64,000 nucleotides of DNA from Chloroflexota bacterium (GTDB lineage: Bacteria; Chloroflexota; Dehalococcoidia; SHYB01): the NCBI GenBank assembly GCA_022572465.1, contig JACZVV010000001.1, forward strand, positions 2,749-66,748, written 5' to 3'. Numbering within the stretch: position 1 is the first letter of the stretch; every line of letters starts with the position of its first letter. The notes under the pieces are model-generated. The model saw nothing but the letters and a program-made list of their open reading frames with translations. It did not search any database and was not told the DNA's origin. The position numbers and the translations under genes were made by a program. Positions 47,990-57,615 of this stretch are shown piece after piece.

Positions 47990-48264
47990 CTCGACGCCAC
48001 TATAGCACTCACCTCGGCGCCCTTCAAGGAGCCTGGTCGCGCCTGATCCAAGTCTCACCCGTTCCAGCCTTTGGTCATCTTCCCCTCGCCGTCCTGAATT
48101 TTCGGTGCAGGACGGGCACGCGCGGTGCAGGACGCGCACGGAACTTGCCGGCGGTCCTCCCCCTCTCCATGGCCATGGAGAGGGGGCCAGGGGGTGAGGC
48201 CTACCGGTACGCCAGCTTGACCGACCGGCCTCACCGCCGATACAATCGCACCAGGAGGCGTCGC

Positions 48265-48495
48265 ATGCCGCTGTACGAGTACCACTGCTCCACGTGCCGG
48301 GACACCTTCGAGGTCCTGCGGCCCATGGGCCAGGCCCCGGTGGCCGAGATGTGCGCCGAGGGCCACGAGGCCAAGAAAGTCCTTTCCACCTTCGCCACCG
48401 TCGGCGTAGCCCAAGAGGGCGGCATCGCGCCCTCGGCGTTCCAAGGCGGCGGCGCCGGCGGCTGCTGCAACCCCGGCGGCTGCGCCTGTCACTAG
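48265..48495 (+). CDS. FmdB-family zinc-ribbon protein with Gly/Cys-rich tail
   Basis: MPLYEYHCSTCRDTFEVL...CAEGHEAKKV (CxxC...C..H), then GGGAGGCCNPGGCACH. AGGAGG RBS. Confidence 0.7.
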   Translation: MPLYEYHCSTCRDTFEVLRPMGQAPVAEMCAEGHEAKKVLSTFATVGVAQEGGIAPSAFQGGGAGGCCNPGGCACH

Positions 48496-49204
48496 CCGGC
48501 CAATCGGTGCGCACCACCGCCGTCCTTCTTTAGCCAGTTAAAACCCGGCTATTCGTCGCGGCGGGGCCGCACGCGCCGCGGCAGATCGGCCATCGCTCTA
48601 TCGAGCAGCCCCGGCCTCTTCATTTTCGCTGGCCGCTTCGCGTTCTCGTCGCGTCGATACGCTTCGACACCCACTGGTCTCGCTTCCTGATATCGCAAGC
48701 CCTCTCCGTACCCCGGTACGTGGCCCCTCTTCGGTGTGGCGTCCGGCTAGCCTCCCTCTTTCGCCGTTATGTTACTGACACCCGTTTGGCTGGCGATTAC
48801 TCGTTGTTCATGCCATTTCCACGATCCTTTTGCCAGTGCTCGATCTTAAGAGCGTCCAATAAAATGCCCCTTGAAGTTGAAACCTTAGCTGAGACGTCAT
48901 GCTGAGCCGCCGCAGGCAAGACGAAGCATGACCGTCATGACCGGTTTTGGTAGACCGTCTTCGTCATCTTGACGATATCGTCTCTGCCGGTTGTATCATC
49001 AATATTCGCGCTCTTTTCCTCTCTTGTCCACAAGTTTCTCCAGTCGTAAATCGGGCTGTTATAAACTCGACCGACAGTCCTGAATGGACATTAATTAGCT
49101 CGGGCCGGTTCGCGGTCGATCGCGTCCCGTTCCGTCCGCAACAAGGCCCCATGTGTGAGCCGTCAAGCGCTCTGTCCCCTTCGGCTCGCAACGCCGCCAC
49201 GCCG

Positions 49205-49951
49205 CTACCGCGCCTCGCCACGCTCGACACGGCGTCGGCGCCACCGGTACGCGCCGGCGATGCCGCCGGTGATGGCCGCCTGCCCCAGCGTCAGGCCCGC
49301 CAGGATCAGCGTCGCGTCCAGGAAAAAGCCCTCGGGGAAGATGCGGATCAGGTTGTCGGTAGCGGGGTTCAGCTGCCACAGATCGTTGGAGAAGCCGATG
49401 ACGTGGAACTGCTCGAACGCGGTCTCGAAGTCCACCAGGGCGGCCAAGCCCGCCGCGACGAACAGCACGCCCGTCAGCGCGCTGCCCCACATGAGCCCCT
49501 GGGTCAGCCGGCCGATCATGCCCCGGCGGCCCCACAGCGCCAGGCCCGCTACGAAGAAGCCGGCCATGTAGTAGAACGAGACCTGCTGCCAGAGCCCCAG
49601 CCCCCGCACAAGCCCCTTCACGTCGGCCATGTGCAGCACCTCCCGCTGCTTGAACAGCGGCTGCTCCCGGCCCGCCACCACCGCCGTCACGTCCAGCGGC
49701 TCCTCCGACGAGTTGAAATAGTGCTTGATCTCCCGCGCGATGCGCATCAGCTCCGGCTTCTCGATGCCCGTTAGCAGCACGACGTCGTGCCGGTCGAAGC
49801 CCGAGCTGTACAGCCACCCGCTGTTGATCACGATGCGAAGGTTCGTCGTAATCAGGAACAGCGGTACCGCCAGCACCAGCACGGCGACGGCAACCACCGA
49901 AACGTAGCGGGATTTCAGCGCGCTCATTCCAACATCTTCGATTGGCCTCAT
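49205..49951 (-). CDS. DUF1461 (TIGR01906) integral membrane protein
   Basis: Multiple TM helices and conserved PEGFF region. Confidence 0.6.
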   Translation of the reverse strand: MRPIEDVGMSALKSRYVSVVAVAVLVLAVPLFLITTNLRIVINSGWLYSSGFDRHDVVLLTGIEKPELMRIAREIKHYFNSSEEPLDVTAVVAGREQPLFKQREVLHMADVKGLVRGLGLWQQVSFYYMAGFFVAGLALWGRRGMIGRLTQGLMWGSALTGVLFVAAGLAALVDFETAFEQFHVIGFSNDLWQLNPATDNLIRIFPEGFFLDATLILAGLTLGQAAITGGIAGAYRWRRRRVERGEAR

Positions 49952-50021
49952 TTCCTTGTCAAGGAGGACGCCCCGCCGTTAGAATGGGATTTCCACAGGC
50001 CCCGGAGGAAGGGAGCCGGCC

Positions 50022-50822
50022 GTGACCGAATACGACGACCTGGAGAGCTTCGATACGTTTCTGGCCATCGTGGCGCGGCTCCGAGGGCCCGGCGGCTGTC
50101 CTTGGGACCGGGAGCAGACCCACGCCTCGCTGCGCAAGTACCTGCTGGAAGAGTGCTACGAAGCGCTGGAGGCCATCGACGCCGGTCCCGGCGCGACGGC
50201 ACGGCTGGCCGAGGAGCTGGGCGACGTGCTGCTCCAGGTCGGCCTGCACGCCCAGATCGGCAGCGACGATGGGCAGTTCTCCATACGCGATGTCCTGCGC
50301 AACATCAACGCCAAGCTTCTCCGCCGGCACCCCCACGTCTTCGGCGACGCGCAGGCGTCCCACCCCGCGGAGGTCGAGGCCATCTGGCAGAAGCTCAAGC
50401 AGAGCGAGGGACACGATCAAGAGTCGGTGTTGGAAGGTGTCCCGAAATCGATGCCCGCGCTGGCGGCAAGCCAGGAGATCCAGGGTCGCGCCGCCCGCAT
50501 GGGGTTCGATTGGCCCGACATGGGCGGAGTGCTGGACAAGGTCCGAGAGGAGCTGGACGAGTTTCGCCAGGCCCGTTCGCCCGAAGAGCTGGAGCACGAG
50601 CTCGGCGACATCCTGGCGGCGCTGGTCAACGTGGGCCGCAAGCTGAACATCGACTCCGAAGGGGCGCTGCGCAAGGGTAACGAGCGGTTCCGGCAGCGGT
50701 TCGGCCACATGGAGCAAGCCGCCCGAAGGCAAGGCCGGGGCCTGGAGGAGCTGCCGCTGGACGAGCAAGAGTCGCTGTGGCAGCAAGCCAAGAGCGAGCT
50801 AGGCGGCGGCCCGCCGGCCTAG
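50022..50822 (+). CDS. mazG: Nucleoside triphosphate pyrophosphohydrolase MazG (tandem MazG domains)
   Basis: [12 protein letters not shown]...[10 protein letters not shown] and a second [15 protein letters not shown](E/D) motif. Confidence 0.85.
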   Translation: MTEYDDLESFDTFLAIVARLRGPGGCPWDREQTHASLRKYLLEECYEALEAIDAGPGATARLAEELGDVLLQVGLHAQIGSDDGQFSIRDVLRNINAKLLRRHPHVFGDAQASHPAEVEAIWQKLKQSEGHDQESVLEGVPKSMPALAASQEIQGRAARMGFDWPDMGGVLDKVREELDEFRQARSPEELEHELGDILAALVNVGRKLNIDSEGALRKGNERFRQRFGHMEQAARRQGRGLEELPLDEQESLWQQAKSELGGGPPA

Positions 50823-51079
50823 CTGTCTTCGACTCCCTTGTCTCGAATGAAATCGATGGCGTCCTGGACGGTCACAATCTTCTCGGCATCCTCGTCAGTA
50901 ATCTCGACTTTCACGTCATCGTTGGTGAACTCCTCTTCGAACGCCATGATGAGTTCGACGAGGTCCAGCGAATCGGCATTCAGGTCTTCGGTAAACGATG
51001 CGTTCGGCGTCACCTGGTCGTTCTCGACGCCGAGCTGATCGACGACGACCTGCTTAATTCGTTCGTAGACAGTGGCCAA
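50819..51079 (-). CDS. acpP: Acyl carrier protein
   Basis: 86 aa; [12 protein letters not shown] phosphopantetheine attachment site. Confidence 0.9.
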   Translation of the reverse strand: MATVYERIKQVVVDQLGVENDQVTPNASFTEDLNADSLDLVELIMAFEEEFTNDDVKVEITDEDAEKIVTVQDAIDFIRDKGVEDS

Positions 51080-51109
51080 TGGAGCCCTCCGGATCGTCCG
51101 GTTTTCAAG

Positions 51110-51520
51110 CTATGTTTTGACGGTGGCCATAATCGCGCCGAGGACGCCGTTGACGAACCGATGCAAGCTTTCGCTTCCAAACGCCTTCGCCAACTCCACC
51201 GCCTCGTTTATCGCCGCTTTCGGCGGCGTCTTATTATTCATCACAATCTCGAAGATGGCAATACGGAGAATGTTGCGGCCGACCACCGAAAGCTGGTCCA
51301 CGGGCCAGGCCGGCGCGTGCTCTTGGATGAGCGCGTCGATATCGTCCTTGTGCTGAACGACCCCCTCGACAAGCTCCCCGGCCAAAGCCTTGGCCTCCTC
51401 CGGCAACTTGCCCTCCTCCAGAGTCCGCTGGAGCGTCGCCGGAAAGTCGTGGGCGGTGCAGTCCAGCTCGTAGAGCACCTGCAACGCGGCGATCCGTCCT
51501 CTTCTGCGAGTCCCTGGCAT
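51110..51520 (-). CDS. nusB: Transcription antitermination factor NusB
   Basis: RRRGRIAALQVLYELD N-terminus; 136 aa. Confidence 0.85.
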   Translation of the reverse strand: MPGTRRRGRIAALQVLYELDCTAHDFPATLQRTLEEGKLPEEAKALAGELVEGVVQHKDDIDALIQEHAPAWPVDQLSVVGRNILRIAIFEIVMNNKTPPKAAINEAVELAKAFGSESLHRFVNGVLGAIMATVKT

Positions 51521-51527
51521 CGTCTCC

Positions 51528-52271
51528 CTACGCGATGGCCAAACCGCCGTCGACCATCAACACCTGCCCGGTTATATATCCCGCCTCTTCGCTGGCGAGA
51601 AACGCCACCGCTTCCGCCACGTCCTCCGGCGTGCCGAACGCCCCCAGCGGCACCCGGCTCCGCACCTGGTCGCGCTGCGCGTCGTTGAGCCTGCCGGTCA
51701 TCTCAGTCTCGATGAAGCCCGGGGCGACCACGTTCACCGTAATGCTCCTCGTCGCGACCTCCAGCGCCACGCTCCGGGCCAGGCCCACCAGCCCGGCCTT
51801 GGAGGCTGTGTAGTTGGCTTGACCGGCGTTGCCTTTGAGGCCCACCACGCTGCCCATCATGACGATCCGGCCCCATCTTTTGCGGAGCATCGGCTTCAGC
51901 GCGGCCTTGGTGCAAAGGAACGCGCCGGTGAGGTTCGTCGCCAGCACGTCGTCCCACTCCGCGGACGACATCCGCAGCAGAAGGGTGTCCCGGTTGATGC
52001 CGGCGTTGTTGATCAAGATATCCAGCGAACCGTGGGCGGCGTTCACCTCGGCGACCAGACGCTCGGCCTCTTCCGGCCGGCGGATGTCAGCGACGTGGGT
52101 CGAGCAGCGCCCGCCTGCCGCTCGCACCGCTTGCTCGGCGGCGGACACGTCGCGGGTGGCGTTCAGGGCGACCGTGGCGCCCGCAGTGGCCAGGCGGACG
52201 GCAATAGACCGCCCGATGCCGCGGCTGCTGCCGGTGACGAGAGCGACCTTTCCCGCGAGGTCCGAGGCCAC
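51528..52271 (-). CDS. fabG: 3-oxoacyl-ACP reductase
   Basis: GTG start (VASDLAGKVALVTGSSRGIGR), NNAGI, YTASKAG. Confidence 0.85.
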   Translation of the reverse strand: MASDLAGKVALVTGSSRGIGRSIAVRLATAGATVALNATRDVSAAEQAVRAAGGRCSTHVADIRRPEEAERLVAEVNAAHGSLDILINNAGINRDTLLLRMSSAEWDDVLATNLTGAFLCTKAALKPMLRKRWGRIVMMGSVVGLKGNAGQANYTASKAGLVGLARSVALEVATRSITVNVVAPGFIETEMTGRLNDAQRDQVRSRVPLGAFGTPEDVAEAVAFLASEEAGYITGQVLMVDGGLAIA

Positions 52272-52285
52272 CTGCGTCTCCGAGC

Positions 52286-53236
52286 TTAGTTGTTTGCGCC
52301 TCGAACCGAGGCCATGGAGCCGATGTTGAAGGTCTGGGCGCCCTTGGCGATGCGTTTGACCAGCCCCGTAAGAACGTTGCCCGGTCCGATCTCCAGAAAC
52401 GTCTGGACACCGTTGTCGGTCATGTACTGTATCGACTTGGACCACTGGACGCAGCGGCAAATCTGCGCCTGAAGCTCCTGGTGAATCGCCGCCTGGTCGG
52501 CGAGCGGCTCGCCGGTGCCGTTGCTGATCACGGGGATGGCCGGCGAAGCGAACTGAGCCCTGCCCAGAGCGCGCACCAGGCCGGGCACCGCGGGCGCCAT
52601 GAGGCTGGAATGAAAGGCGCCGCTCACCACCAGGGGAACTGCCCGCCTGGCGCCCATCGCCTTTGAAAGGTCGAGGGCTTCGACGAGGGCCTGCTTCGCG
52701 CCGCTGATGACGATCTGGCCGTCGGTGTTGATGTTGGCGATCTCCGCGCCCGTCTGCTGGCAGAGCTGCTCCACCAGGGCCAGGTCCAGACCCAGAATCG
52801 CCGCCATGCCGCCCTCTCTGACCTGGCCCGCCTCGTGCATCAGCCGACCCCGCTCCCGGACCAGCCGCAGCGCGTCCTCGAACGTCAGCGAGCCGGCAGC
52901 CACCAGGGCGGTGTACTCGCCCAGGCTGTGGCCCGCGACGAACCGTGGCGTCTCCGGCGATTCGTATCCCCGGGCCTCGGCCATGGCCGCCAGCGCCGCC
53001 ATGCTGGTCGTCAAGATCGCCGGCTGCGCATTCACCGTCTCGCGCAGCTCTTCCTCCGAACCGGAGAAGCAGAGTTTGGTCAAAGGGAAGCCGAGAATCT
53101 CATCGGCCTGGTCGAAGACCTGCCTCGCGGTGGGCGACTCCTCATAGAGGTCCCGGCCCATTCCAACGGTCTGGGAGCCCTGTCCCGGGAAGATATACGC
53201 GACCTTTGTCGATTCTTGGGTGGCTGCGCTGCTCAT
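52286..53236 (-). CDS. fabD: Malonyl-CoA:ACP transacylase
   Basis: FPGQGSQ, GHSLGEY active-site Ser motif. Confidence 0.9.
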   Translation of the reverse strand: MSSAATQESTKVAYIFPGQGSQTVGMGRDLYEESPTARQVFDQADEILGFPLTKLCFSGSEEELRETVNAQPAILTTSMAALAAMAEARGYESPETPRFVAGHSLGEYTALVAAGSLTFEDALRLVRERGRLMHEAGQVREGGMAAILGLDLALVEQLCQQTGAEIANINTDGQIVISGAKQALVEALDLSKAMGARRAVPLVVSGAFHSSLMAPAVPGLVRALGRAQFASPAIPVISNGTGEPLADQAAIHQELQAQICRCVQWSKSIQYMTDNGVQTFLEIGPGNVLTGLVKRIAKGAQTFNIGSMASVRGANN

Positions 53237-53291
53237 AAGTCCCCCCTTACAGCTGGCCGTCGCCCTTGATTGCGTTGCGAAGATGTCGTCT

Positions 53292-53483
53292 CTACTCAGG
53301 TGTCTCTTTCACCGGCAGAACGTCTCTTCCGGCGTAGGTGCCACAAACCGTGCAGACCCTGTGCGGCAGTTTGGGGCTTGCGCATTGCGGGCAGCGGCTG
53401 ATGTTCAAGGGCCGCAACCCAAGATGGGCCCGGTGACTGCGGTGGCTGGCTTTGGAGCGTTTTCGTTTCGGAAGGGGAGCCAT
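53292..53483 (-). CDS. rpmF: 50S ribosomal protein L32
   Basis: MAPLPKRKRSKASHRSHRAH; CPQC...CTVCG zinc ribbon. Confidence 0.9.
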   Translation of the reverse strand: MAPLPKRKRSKASHRSHRAHLGLRPLNISRCPQCASPKLPHRVCTVCGTYAGRDVLPVKETPE

Positions 53484-53498
53484 CAGGTCAGGTCCTTA

Positions 53499-54023
53499 CT
53501 ACGGAGCGCCGCCGATCTCGAGCCGGATCCCGGCGAGCTTGTCCCATCTCGAGTCCGATCCACCGGCCGGGCATTCGCATGGCCTGAACCGCAGCTGGGC
53601 TCCGCACGTGGCGCAGATTCCGGGGCAGTCCTCGGCACACAGAGGCTTCATCGGCAAGTCCGCCAAGATATCCTGCGCGACAAGCTTGCTCAGGTCCAGA
53701 ATGTGCCGTTCGTCGATCGTTAGGACGGCGTCGCTCGCTTCATCGACGCGCGAACCATCCTCCACGTCAACAGACGGCCAGAACTCTTCGGCGATATCGA
53801 ACCGCGCGGGGTACTCGAACCGATCGAGACATCGGCTGCACGTACACGCCGCCGACGCCTGTCCGCGCGCCAGCGCCAGGATCCCTTTGTTGGTGCGAAT
53901 CAGCCGCACGGAGCCGGTAATGCCGCTGGCAAGGCCAGCGAGCTGCCGGCCCTCGTCGTCGAACGCATACCGGCAATCAGTCCCGGTAGGAGACCTCAGC
54001 AGCTGTGCAACGTTCCACTTCAC
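53499..54023 (-). CDS. yceD: YceD/DUF177 family protein
   Basis: 174 aa with C-terminal CxxC...CxxC; conserved position upstream of rpmF. Confidence 0.8.
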   Translation of the reverse strand: MKWNVAQLLRSPTGTDCRYAFDDEGRQLAGLASGITGSVRLIRTNKGILALARGQASAACTCSRCLDRFEYPARFDIAEEFWPSVDVEDGSRVDEASDAVLTIDERHILDLSKLVAQDILADLPMKPLCAEDCPGICATCGAQLRFRPCECPAGGSDSRWDKLAGIRLEIGGAP

Positions 54024-54238
54024 GCCTCACCACGCTCTCAATCACAAGTAAAACGCGGCCATTATAAGGAGCCGCTAAACTTGGTGTCAACTAAGGATTG
54101 GGGCATTTCCCCCAAACTCCGTTCCGAATTCTAACAAAGACTTACGAAAAGCGCAACAGGGTAGCTGCTTCGTTGACACCCCATGGGGGCCGCCCTATGA
54201 TGGCCCGGGCCGCGCGTCGGCGCGATTGGGAAGGACCG

Positions 54239-55030
54239 ATGACCTACCAATATATTCTTTATGCCGTGGCGGACGGTGTAGCCACCATCACCTTGAATCG
54301 CCCGGAAAAGCTCAACGCGCTGCTTGAAGAGACGCAGCCGGAGTTCATCGACGCGATGCGGCGCGCCCGGACCGACACCGACGTGCGCGTCCTGGTGGTG
54401 ACCGGCGCCGGCCGGGCCTTTTGCTCCGGCGCCGACGTTGCCCGCCTTAACCGGCAGATGGAAGGCGGATCGGCCCACGAGCTCAAGAAACCTACCGAGC
54501 CTGTGGGCGCCTTTTTGATCCCTCTCCACGAGTTTCCCAAGCCCACGATCGCCTCGGTGAACGGCCTCGCGGTCGGCGCCGGCGTCTCCCTGGCGCTGGC
54601 CTGCGAGATGCGGATCGCGTCGGACCGGGCCCGCCTCGTCCCGGCGTGGGTATCCCGTGGCCTCGCCCCGGACGCCGGCGCGACCTGGTTCCTGCCCCGT
54701 ATCGTCGGCGTCGCCAAGGCCGTCGAGTTGCTCTACACCGCGAAGCCGCTGGAAGCGCAGGAGGCCCTCAGCCTCGGCATCTACAATCGCGTGGTCGAGC
54801 ATTCGCGCTTGGGCGAAGCGACGCTGGAGCTGGCCCACGCCATCGCCAAAGGCCCGCCCGTGGCTATCGAGTTCACCAAGCGGGCCGTCCATCGCGGCAT
54901 GACCAAATCTCTCGCCGACGCGATGGACTACGAGACCCACGCCCAGTACACCTGCTTCGCCACCGACGATTTCAAGGAAGCCGTGACCGCTTTCCGGGAG
55001 AAACGCGAGCCCCACTTCACCGGGCGGTAG
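54239..55030 (+). CDS. Enoyl-CoA hydratase/isomerase (crotonase) family
   Basis: VLVVTGAGRAFCSGADV oxyanion-hole motif. Start MTYQYIL; upstream part of the track ORF is shadow. Confidence 0.85.
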   Translation: MTYQYILYAVADGVATITLNRPEKLNALLEETQPEFIDAMRRARTDTDVRVLVVTGAGRAFCSGADVARLNRQMEGGSAHELKKPTEPVGAFLIPLHEFPKPTIASVNGLAVGAGVSLALACEMRIASDRARLVPAWVSRGLAPDAGATWFLPRIVGVAKAVELLYTAKPLEAQEALSLGIYNRVVEHSRLGEATLELAHAIAKGPPVAIEFTKRAVHRGMTKSLADAMDYETHAQYTCFATDDFKEAVTAFREKREPHFTGR

Positions 55031-55058
55031 CCCACGAGCGTCTCCGGCGGCGGTCTTC

Positions 55059-55634
55059 GTGCGCCCGGACGTGCCATCGGGCCCTTGCGCGCCACCCTCA
55101 CCTCAAGAATACACTCGCCTCGTGCCTCCTCGCGCGCAACGCGTCGCCGCCGCCGTGCGGCGCCGCCTTGGATTCATGCAGCCGCCGGCCAACCCGGCGA
55201 TGTTGCTCGCCCACGCTCCCATCGACGTCGTGGTCCTGGATTGGCCTCCGGAGCTGTCGGGGGTCCTGGTGATGCGCCCCCACGGTCCGGTCATCGGGCT
55301 CAACCGGCGGCATAGCCCGGAACGACGGCATTTTTCGTTCTGGCACGAGGTGGGGCATTACCTCATCCATCGGCCTCGGCTTCCCAGCGGACTCCTCGCC
55401 TGCCCTCACCCGGCCAGTCCCCGCACGGCCGATCTCGAGCTGGAGCGCGAGGCCGACATATTCGCGGCCAACGTCATGATGCCGGCCGACTGGGTCCGCC
55501 GGTCCCACCGGCGGCAGTCCACCCTCCAAGCTCTCGCCCGCGACTTCGGCGTCACGCCCACGGCGATGATGCGGCGGCTGCGCGAGCTCGGCCTCCGGCC
55601 CGTGGCCAGCACCGCCGCCGGCGGATTCCGTTGA
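55059..55634 (+). CDS. ImmA/IrrE-family (DUF955) HEXXH metallopeptidase-like protein
   Basis: FWHEVGHYLIH zinc-binding motif and downstream EADIFAANVMMP. True start may be the internal Met near 55176. Confidence 0.5.
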   Translation: MRPDVPSGPCAPPSPQEYTRLVPPRAQRVAAAVRRRLGFMQPPANPAMLLAHAPIDVVVLDWPPELSGVLVMRPHGPVIGLNRRHSPERRHFSFWHEVGHYLIHRPRLPSGLLACPHPASPRTADLELEREADIFAANVMMPADWVRRSHRRQSTLQALARDFGVTPTAMMRRLRELGLRPVASTAAGGFR

Positions 55635-55709
55635 CCGCCGTCTCTCTCCTCGCCACCCTGATTCGAGCATCCGCCTCCCTCGCTCGGCCGGTTTGACACG
55701 CGCATCCGG

Positions 55710-56360
55710 TTGCCCCAATGTATCTTTGCAATGGAACCGCCCGCTCCCGGCGAACGACCCCATCTCTTGGGCCGCCATCTCCACTCCGCCGAGCGGATCG
55801 ACGGCAGCGACGCGTCTGCGCGTGCATCGTGGGCCTGGATCGTCCCGGCGCTGGCAGCGTGCGCCTTGGCCCTATCGTTGGCGACGGCGCAGCCCGCTTC
55901 GGCACAACAGTTCGAGGGCCAGCTCGCCAAGGGGGCCAGCGGTCCGTACGAGATCACCGTCTTCGCCAACCCGACGTCGCCCCTCGCCGGCCTGGGCTCC
56001 CGCATCACCGTGGAGGTCGTCACCACCGCCGACGGGCAACCCGCGACCGACGTCGATGTCTTGATCATCATGACCCGGCCCGACGGCACCTTGGCCGGCG
56101 AGGTCGAAGCGGTGCGGTTGCCCACGAATCCCCAGTTCTACCAGGTCCCGGTGACCCTCGACGAACCCGGGACGTGGAGCTTCACGGCGGCGATCGAGAG
56201 CCCGTTGGGGCTGGGAACCGTCGATGGGTCCCTGCTCGTCAGAGAGAGAAACACGTCCGGCCTCTCGGGGGAAATCCTCTGGGGCATCGTCATGCTCGTC
56301 CTCGTCGCCGGCGGCTTGGCCGTGTGGCTCACCGCGCGACGTCGCGGCGCTCAGGCATAG
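55710..56360 (+). CDS. Secreted/membrane-anchored hypothetical protein
   Basis: Signal-peptide-like N-terminus (WIVPALAACALALSLATAQPASA) and C-terminal TM (ILWGIVMLVLVAGGLAVWL). Confidence 0.4.
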   Translation: MPQCIFAMEPPAPGERPHLLGRHLHSAERIDGSDASARASWAWIVPALAACALALSLATAQPASAQQFEGQLAKGASGPYEITVFANPTSPLAGLGSRITVEVVTTADGQPATDVDVLIIMTRPDGTLAGEVEAVRLPTNPQFYQVPVTLDEPGTWSFTAAIESPLGLGTVDGSLLVRERNTSGLSGEILWGIVMLVLVAGGLAVWLTARRRGAQA

Positions 56361-56445
56361 CCTGCCGCGATGGCGGTCCTCACGCTCCGTGGCCCCCCCG
56401 AGAGGCCGGTGTTACAATGAGCCCACATCTGGGAGACCGATTCTG

Positions 56446-57177
56446 GTGAGCGCCTCGCATCTTTCATCCTCCGAGATCTGCGCCGCCCTCCAGCACGGCG
56501 GGATCATTGCACACCGGCCCTTTCGGACCGGCTGGAACTCGAACTTTCTTCTCGAAATCGACTGCGGCGGGTCGTCAAGCTGCTCGGCCATCTACAAGCC
56601 CCAGCGAGGCGAGGCCCATCTGTGGGACTATCCCCCAGGCACGCTGTTCCAACGAGAGTATCTGGCCTATCGGGTGAACCAGGTGTTGGGCTGGAACCAG
56701 GTCCCCCCGACGGTGATTCGCGACGGTCCCCACGGCGTGGGCTCGGTCCAGCTCATGGTCGACGCCGAAGAGGGACGCCACTTCTTCAACCTGGCCGACG
56801 AACACAAAGACGCCATGATTCAAATGGCCGTGTTCGATTGCCTGATCAACAACGCCGACCGCAAAGGGGGCCATGTCTTGCTCGACGCCCAGGGACATAT
56901 CTGGGCGATCGACCACGGCCTGTCCTTCACCGCCGAGCCGAAGCTGCGGACCGTGATGTGGGACCTTTGCGACGAGCCCGTGCCCGAGCTCCACAAGGAG
57001 CGAGTCCTCGGCCTGCTGAACGACGAGGCCCTGCGAGCCGAAGTCACGCCCAACCTTCAGCGCGACGAGGTCGAGGCGCTTTATGAGCGTGCCGCCTGTC
57101 TGCTCACCTGGCCGACCATTCCCATGGACCGATACGCCGACCGAGTCCTGCGGCCCTATCCGTGGCCGCCGATCTAG
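56446..57177 (+). CDS. PI3/PI4-kinase-like (SCO1664/TIGR03843-type) protein
   Basis: CLINNADRKGGHVLLDAQGHIWAIDHGLSF resembles the catalytic and activation loops of atypical PI3/4-kinase-like proteins. GTG start; the N-terminal part of the track ORF is shadow. Confidence 0.5.
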   Translation: MSASHLSSSEICAALQHGGIIAHRPFRTGWNSNFLLEIDCGGSSSCSAIYKPQRGEAHLWDYPPGTLFQREYLAYRVNQVLGWNQVPPTVIRDGPHGVGSVQLMVDAEEGRHFFNLADEHKDAMIQMAVFDCLINNADRKGGHVLLDAQGHIWAIDHGLSFTAEPKLRTVMWDLCDEPVPELHKERVLGLLNDEALRAEVTPNLQRDEVEALYERAACLLTWPTIPMDRYADRVLRPYPWPPI

Positions 57178-57197
57178 CGTCAAGGAGGCGCCGCGTC

Positions 57198-57395
57198 ATG
57201 CCACGCTGTGAGTACCCGCGATGCGACCGCATCGTGCGTGACCCCAACAAGTACCGCCTCTGCCACGTCCACGCGGACATGGCCGAGTTTTTTACCTGGT
57301 TCTCCGATTACCTTCGCCGGGTGGAAAAGATCGCCGGTAGAGGGGCCTCGATGCGCTCCAGCGGCCTCGTGGTCCCACCGGGCGCCACCAGCTGA
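57198..57395 (+). CDS. Small Cys/His zinc-finger-like protein
   Basis: MPRCEYPRCDRIV...YRLCHVH (C-x4-C...C-x-H). 66 aa; its 3' end runs into the 28-bp tandem repeats. Confidence 0.35.
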   Translation: MPRCEYPRCDRIVRDPNKYRLCHVHADMAEFFTWFSDYLRRVEKIAGRGASMRSSGLVVPPGATS

Positions 57396-57452
57396 CCGCG
57401 TCCCACCGGGCGCCACCAGCTGACCGCGTCCCACCGGGCGCCACAGCTGACC
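57371..57452. repeat. 28-bp tandem repeat GTCCCACCGGGCGCCACCAGCTGACCGC x3 (third copy degenerate)
   Basis: Read directly from the sequence; contiguous copies without spacers. Confidence 0.8.
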
Positions 57453-57615
57453 GCTGGGCGTGATTGGTTCACCCGGCCGCGTCTTGCCGGCGGCGCCCGG
57501 GTCGTCGGAGCCGGCGAACGCATGCCCTTATTGACAGCGGGCCTCAGCCGTTGGTAGAGTGGGGATGTTAGCACTCGGCAGGACTGAGTGCTAATTCATT
57601 TGTCAAGGACAACCC

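Noticed and set aside
57371-57452. CRISPR array
   Set aside because: Repeats are contiguous with no spacers, only three copies, and there are no cas genes. The same applies to the 20-bp pair at 60733-60768, the 22-bp duplication at 34639-34682 and the imperfect 20-bp pair near 48108-48147.
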